Origin: Azolla caroliniana
Taxonomy: Eukaryota > Plantae > Polypodiophyta
Assembly: GCA_043228905.1 (NCBI GenBank)
Contig: JBHGNT010000859.1
Location: 1 to 14,552, forward strand
Direction of reading: 5' to 3'
Length of the DNA: 14,552 nucleotides
The notes beneath the pieces are model-generated. The model was not told where the DNA came from, searched no databases, and was given only the letters and a program-made list of their open reading frames with translations. This document shows, piece after piece, positions 8,604 to 14,552 of the stretch (position 1 is its first letter; every line of letters begins with the position of its first letter). Both the position numbers and the translations under genes were made by a program.

Positions 8604-8965
8604 ATGGCTTCTAGCCTCTTCCCAAGGAGTGTCTGGTACTGGGAAAGAACAAATTCTCCTCCCCCTCCTCCTGAGATTCCCCCTGGTACCAAAGTAGCTG
8701 CAGCTGCAGATGGAGATGGATATGGATATGGATATGGAGATGGAGATGGAGATGGAGATGGATATGGATATGGAGGGGAAGAAGAAGAAGAAGAAGAAGA
8801 AGGAAGAAGTGAAGGAACGGGTTCGGTTTCACAGGTTCCCCGGAAAGGCGTCGTAGTTGCGCTCGGATGGATGTTCAGCCGAAGGAAAAATCTTGCCCCT
8901 TACTCGCGCCTCTACAGGTCTTTGGGCTGGGATTCTCTTCTTTGTCATCCCCAAGTTGTCAATCT
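8604..8965 (+). CDS. DUF829 gene exon 1
   Basis: MASSLFPRSVWYWER...GVVVALGWMFS...HPQVVN(L); donor CT|GTAAGT at 8966. Confidence 0.85.
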
Positions 8966-10511
8966 GTAAGTCTTTACCAGTTTCTCTGAGGGTATACTCT
9001 ATGAATCTGCTATGGTTTTAGGGTTTACTCTCTGGTATAAATCTTCTCGTATTTAATATGTGTTTCTCTAGGATTTTTTATTTGGTGAGAAGCTCCTCGC
9101 ACTTCTATTTCACTAAGCTTATGCGCATGTTTTAGATAATATCTTTTTGTTCTAAAGCTTATTTCATCTTGGCTTCCCGTGTATATGTCCTCCTTGGCCA
9201 CAACTCATCCGGGTATCTGTGCTTTCTTTCATTGATCCTCTTGCCTGATTTTTCATGCCTTAGAGCAGATAGATATGTTGCACTAATTGCTTGATTAATA
9301 TAGGTTCCATGTTGATGCAGCACAGAGTTTTTACGCACAATTGTCGAATTTGCATACATTCCATGTCCACAGACCAAGGAGATGTTACACTAATGATTCA
9401 ATTAGTGTATGAAGCAAATTATACACAAATTACGGAACTAGGGGAGGTTTCATGTCAAGAAGAGGCGAAAATATATAGTGTAGATAACAAAGTAGATATA
9501 TTCATTTCAGAGCTTTGAGCTCTCCACTTTTAGGTTGTTAATCTCACTTTCTGTAATTTTGGTTGTTAACTCTGCATTGAGTTCTTATTTTGGTTGTTAA
9601 CACTGTAATTATTGACACATCATATTAACTAAGGCTGTATGGGTTTGCGTTCTGTTTAATCTATTTTTTGCAGTTTCTTTGCTCATCCTGCAACTACACT
9701 AGCACTGAGTATATTGGATGAACTTGCAAAGGTTATGCTTGTATTGGAATTTTCAATTCTTCCTATTTATGGCTTCATTCCATCACTTTTCTTTTGCTTA
9801 GCTTTGTGTTTTTCTATTGAGAGATTGATTTTTTTTTCTCAAGGTTATGTTGAATTGTATTTATTCTTTGTTCTAGGACCTTGAAAATGATCCATGTCCT
9901 GTGGTGTTTGCAATATTCTCGGGAGGACACAAAGCTTGTTTCTACAAGATTATTCAGGTGCGTCTCTGCAAGATATATAAAAATGATGAGTGCGACATGG
10001 AGCATACATATTGTTATGCAATGAGAGGTAGATATTGATCTTTAATAAAGCTCTTAATGTGTACAAATTTGGTAAAACTCAACAATTGTAACAGCACTCC
10101 ACCTTCTGAAGGTCAGAGCAGAAGTAGAAAAACTTGTGAAGGAAATTTCCTGCCCACATTCTCTTAAGTTTAAGCTATGATGGCTATTTTCAGTAAAGCT
10201 AGGTATTTATAGGTGTTTTCACTCTTTAACCATTTCAGTGTAATAACATCAAAGTATATTATAGAGTATACAAAAGATAAGCCCTTTCTCTTTAAAGTTA
10301 AGAAATGGCTTCTCTCTTTAAAACGAAAAATATATTGTGCTTATTGGTTCTTTGAAATTCCATTAGTCAAGAAAGCTTTGTTGAGCTCCTGATTCAAATT
10401 TCATTGTACTGTCTGCTTGCTTAAAGTGACCTACTTTAGCGTGTTTCCATAGTTTCATGCAATGCACACATTGGCCTAATGCTTAGAAAAGGAAGGTCTT
10501 CTCTCTCTCTC

Positions 10512-10553
<42 letters not shown>

Positions 10554-12981
10554 GGCTACTGGAAGTGGTAAATACAGCAGAGCAAAGTTCTCGAATTTTA
10601 AATATTGTGAGAATTTATGAGCAAAGTTATTGGGATTTTTGGAATCTTATTGTAAAGACAGAAGTTGAATATTCACCAGGAGTACACTTATGTAAATACT
10701 TATCCTTTGATAATGTAAAGTCTATGCCTCACTCCAGCTTATGTTTCTTGGCATCCGCAGTGTAAGAGACTTGAGTGTTCCATATTGGTTGTATAATGAA
10801 TTTGGGATGGAGCTCTATGCATTAAACATGTTTGATCAGGGCCTAAGCTAGATCATTCTGTCAGGATTATAGAATGGGGTTGTATGCGTACAACACATCA
10901 GATGGATGTGAAAAACTAGATCCTCCTTCGCATTACTATGTTACTTCATATTTGCTGACTAGATTGTTAATTTGCATAATTGTATGCATCAGGTTAAATG
11001 GGACAATCACATTGTTTTGGTGTGCGACAGATTGGAGTATACTATATGGGGATCTATCTCATAGTGGGTGGGCCATTATCTTTGGATGATCAGATCATTT
11101 CATTGTCTGCCTTATCTTTAATTTGCTGAAAACTTAAAAGCACAAACAAAGTTAAGTTTTCAGCGTTTTAATCTGGATGTCCTCTCGATTATGTCAACTT
11201 TACTTTTAGGGAATTTGAGCAGCCTGACTATGAAAAATAATTGCATTTAATAACCCTGGCATATAATTGTGCTTTCTTGTGCTATGGATTTCTCACGCCT
11301 GTAATGTACACATTTCTTGTTCCAATCATTCACTTATTGGCATGAACACTGACAATTAAGTCATGCATGTTCTTGTCTTATGTTGTATTATTTTTAACAA
11401 TTTAATGCATTGCGAAAAGCTAAATCCTGGCTCATTAATGCATATGATTATTTGTTGCAGATATTACAGGGAAAATGTAAAGATGTTGCAATCGATGAGG
11501 TAAGAAATATCCTCAGTCGTGAATTTGTTCATGTCCTCTATCAGAAGAGTAGAATTTAGCTTATTTCGTGTCTTCAAATTTTGAAATTGAAGTATGGGGA
11601 TCTCTGAAGTGAGGTGTTTTTGAACAACTAAACCTTGAAACATCCAGACATATGTTATTAAATGATCTCAACAAATTTAAATAAAGACTTACCTTAGTTC
11701 AGACGTCTCTCAGGGTAGGTATGATGTTGTGATGAGGTGTCTTGTTGGGGTTATCTTTGATTCGAGCCCAGTCAATGTTCTTGGTGAACTCGGTGCAAGG
11801 TTTGTGAGTCATCAGGTGCTCACTCTTGAACCTGGAAAACCCTTTGCTTTCATTTCATGGGCGGCATCCGCAGTTGGCAAAGGAGTTGATTGCATATTCT
11901 CAAGTCAACTTGAACCACAAAGAGAAGAGCTTTGGCGTGCCCTTTACTCCATTGTGGTATATTATGTATTTCACTCAAGTCATTTTGATGCTACTCTGTT
12001 ATTCTTAAATCATTTTGATGTTTTCTTTGGAAACAAAATTCTTTCAATATAATTATTTTCAAAGACTGTTCTTGCAGGGGATAGGGCCAATTCTTTTCTT
12101 CTGTTGTGAAAACGATGAGTTGTCTCCTATTGAAACTATCAAGATATTTGCTTCTAATCTTCGCAAACTTGGGGGCAGAGTGGATCTCAATGTGTGGAAG
12201 GAATCTGAACATGTAGGTAATGAGAAAATTGTATTTTGCTTAATATTGTGCATGAAGGCTCTGATGGCATGTGTACACATGCTCTCGCATTATTTGAAAC
12301 TTGAACGAAATTTCTGTGTAGCTTTTGTATTAAAGCAAAAATGCAGACATGTTACGTACATCAAAATTGGAGTACTTAGTTGTTTGAGAATTCTATTGAG
12401 CTTCACATTTTGAGTGGAAATGTTTGATGGGATATGCTTGTATATATCCTTCCTAGTTATGTGAAATTTGAAGAAATTCTGTTTAGTTTCATACATGGCA
12501 AAAGGCTGATGGTCTTAGTATGGCTGAAACTTCTATTTGGCTTTGTGTTTTTGCAAAAAAAGATTGGCGATGTTTGTATATATGCATGCTTGCTAGGTAT
12601 ATCGAAATTGAAGGTTTATGTTTTGGTCCAGGTCACTTTCGGCTCTTTCCTGAACTCTACTCAAGTAAACTGAAAAAACTTTTAGATGAGGCCTCATTTC
12701 TTTACATAGAACGCTTGCACAAGTCCGCCCAACTCAAAGGCAATGGACATGGAGTCAATTCTCTGCTTGGAATACCGACACCTAATGTGTGGACCAAATT
12801 TGCTGAATCTGTTGCAAAGGAAATAGAGCAAATCGCGAAGCTGCCTCATATAAAATCTAATGAAAGCAGCATACGTTGCGAGAAAGAGGACAGCATGGGA
12901 AAATATTCAATTAGTTCTTTGGCTACTAGCACATGTTCGGATTCCTCAAACAGAGAAATCATGATCAGGAGTAGGCTCTGA
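8604..12981 (+). CDS. DUF829 / TMEM53-like alpha/beta-hydrolase-fold protein, 7 exons, 423 aa: join(8604..8965,9674..9731,9877..9957,11461..11499,11714..11956,12078..12216,12632..12981)
   Basis: All six introns are GT-AG and phases are compatible (1272 nt, no internal stop). Family motifs: YW...GVVVALGW...Y..LY.SLGW, CPVVFAIFSGG.KAC.YK, GVIFDSSP, PILFFCCENDEL.P, W.ES.HVGHFRLFPELY. ATG context CCATGG. Confidence 0.9.
8709..8801 (+). repeat. Coding microsatellites: (G/T)ATGGA x11 (8709-8774) and GAA x8 (8778-8801)
   Basis: Read directly; encodes DGDGYGYGYGDGDGDGDGYGYG-G-EEEEEEEE. Confidence 0.95.
9674..9731 (+). CDS. DUF829 gene exon 2
   Basis: Acceptor TTTTTTGCAG; FFAHPATTLALSILDELAK; donor AAG|GT. 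Confidence 0.85.
9877..9957 (+). CDS. DUF829 gene exon 3
   Basis: Acceptor TTTGTTCTAG; DLENDPCPVVFAIFSGGHKACFYKIIQ; donor CAG|GTGCG. Confidence 0.9.
10500..10549 (+). repeat. (CT)n microsatellite in intron 3
   Basis: About 25 units with one interruption. Confidence 0.95.
11461..11499 (+). CDS. DUF829 gene exon 4 (39 nt)
   Basis: Acceptor TTTGTTGCAG; ILQGKCKDVAIDE; donor GAG|GTAAG; phase 0-0. Confidence 0.8.
11714..11956 (+). CDS. DUF829 gene exon 5
   Basis: Acceptor TCTCTCAG; GRYDVVMRCLVGVIFDSSP...EELWRALYSIV; donor GTG|GTAT. Confidence 0.87.
12078..12216 (+). CDS. DUF829 gene exon 6
   Basis: Acceptor TTCTTGCAG; GIGPILFFCCENDELSP...WKESEHV(G); donor G|GTAAT. Confidence 0.9.
12632..12981 (+). 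CDS. DUF829 gene exon 7
   Basis: Acceptor TTTTGGTCCAG; (G)HFRLFPELYSSKL...IMIRSRL*. Confidence 0.87.
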
Positions 12982-14552
12982 GAACCTGCTGTAACAATGG
13001 CACTCCATATTCAATTACATTCTTTGAGGATTCTGCCTATTGGAATTTGGCATGAGACAAATTCTCGCATGTGTATAAATGTATTACATTTTAGTTTAAG
13101 ATGTTTTAAAGTGTTGTGGCATCTCTTTTTATGTATTTATAGATTTAAGCTCTCTAAACCTAGTAAAAGCTCAAAAACATGGGTTTTCAACAGAATTAAG
13201 GATTGTCTATCCTTTCTCACACATTAATATCAATATCAATATCATGGATTCTAGGAAACTGGGATCTTTTACCTTTCCAATATGGCTTACTTGAAATGAT
13301 TTGGCCTGTAGGTTCATTTCGGTTTCTAGTAGGTGCTAGGCAAGAGATTTTAAGATGATCAAGATTCAAAACCAAAATGCTTAAATGGACGGGAAAGAGC
13401 ACATGTGCTTGGATCAGTGATATACTTAATTTTGCATTATGACAAAATCTCTCGCAATTGAATTGAATATTTGCATAACAAAGGATTTATATATAATGTA
13501 AATGGTTATAAGAAAATCATGATCAGTTATTGGAAAAGTTATTTGAATATCCAATGGAAGCAAAGATAAGTGCATGGGCAAAGAGAATGTAAAGAAGGCA
13601 ATGAGAAAAATACTTAGCAATTTTTTATGGTCTACTCTCCCTTGTAGTCCTTAAGGAATGTTTTTGAGAGATAAAGATTATATTATTTGGAGATTTATGG
13701 AAAATCTCCAAGTAGCAAGTGAATATATGTTTATCTTTTGCATTCATCGTAAGGTGATATTTTATGTCCATTTGAGGTCCCCTTTTACTTGCTTGCTTCT
13801 TTTGTAGTTGGTGTTGTCATAGTGGAAATCAATAGCAACATCCTTTTTTAGCTTTCATACACGCATTCGGGGTTATTTCCTTCTAAGGACGAACGAACAG
13901 ATGATAATTGTTGGTTCATTGATCCACGAGGACAAAATTATTCTTCTTTGAATTCAACTAGAATTGCGGCCGAGACGGGTTTGGAAAAAAACATAGAATG
14001 GAAGTAGTTGGAACATATCACTGTCCATACATCTTATGAGCCTTAGACTAGTTGATAGCGTTCAAGAAGAAGCAATATTCACAAGGGTGCTAATCATCAA
14101 CTCATTAACATTGTGTGAAGCATCTTGATTGAAAATGAGGAGTAACTTTGCTGAATCGGCATTCGAAGAGCATCAAGGAAGACCCATGCTTCACAATCAT
14201 CTGTAAATCTTGCAGTCATGGCAATCGTCCTTTAAGATGATGATGAGCCTAATTTAGTGGAGGATGTAATGATTGATTGACCTTAGGTGGAAGAAGGCTA
14301 TGATATGAATTCTGAGCTAGATAGTATTTCCAATTATAGATAATAAGGTTATCCAAACAATGTGGATCTAGACAACTATGTGAAATGTTGATGCCTATGT
14401 GGATAAACGTAAGACTAGCATACAAACATTGTTTGTAAACAAAAGGTTATATGTTCATGAGTACTTTATCCTTGACTATAATGTGCATAACGAGATTGAG
14501 GTTTGTTATACTTCTATCTTGGAGTAGAGATGTATTAAAGATAGAACTATTT

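Noticed and set aside
8327-8832. Antisense and alternative-frame ORFs 8327-8692, 8611-8832 and 8476-8697 (MAMAMAM, HIHLHL, poly-L)
   Set aside because: These are shadows of the microsatellites and exon 1, with no independent motifs.
9019-9026. Telo-box TAGGGTTT in intron 1
   Set aside because: A single 8-mer cannot be distinguished from chance.
9983-10109. Intronic C/D snoRNA (ATGATGA 9983-9989 ... CTGA 10106-10109)
   Set aside because: There is no terminal stem and no rRNA-complementary guide I could recognise, and both boxes are common by chance in AT-rich DNA.
12997-13620. Short ORFs 12997-13227, 13217-13402 and 13426-13620
   Set aside because: They are in AT-rich 3' UTR/intergenic sequence with no motifs or splice support.

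Overview
Eukaryotic genomic DNA, most likely a plant; a moss or other early-diverging land plant is my inference from the TE types and intron style. The left half is a three-level nest of dead retroelements. The 3' part of a Ty3/Gypsy element (element A, + strand: RNase H, integrase, PPT, 3' LTR, 1-2747) interrupts the RNase H of a second Gypsy element with Tcn1/sushi-like (chromovirus-lineage) features (element B, - strand: 5' LTR, gag, PR, RT, RH, 2748-6029). Element B in turn interrupts the 3' end of a LINE ORF (6030-6626). Two related AAACCG/GGTTC-rich MITE-like elements (about 7208-7780 and 7838-8249) follow, directly upstream of an intact 7-exon DUF829/TMEM53-like alpha/beta-hydrolase gene (8604-12981, 423 aa). 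The last ~1.5 kb is AT-rich, with possible faint transposase relics. The most notable features are a decayed but reconstructable -1 ribosomal frameshift cassette (slippery site plus stem/pseudoknot) at B's gag-pol junction, the lack of a tRNA PBS in B, and a microsatellite-encoded DG/YG/poly-E insert plus an in-frame uORF in the host gene. I found no convincing evidence of a wholly new biological system.
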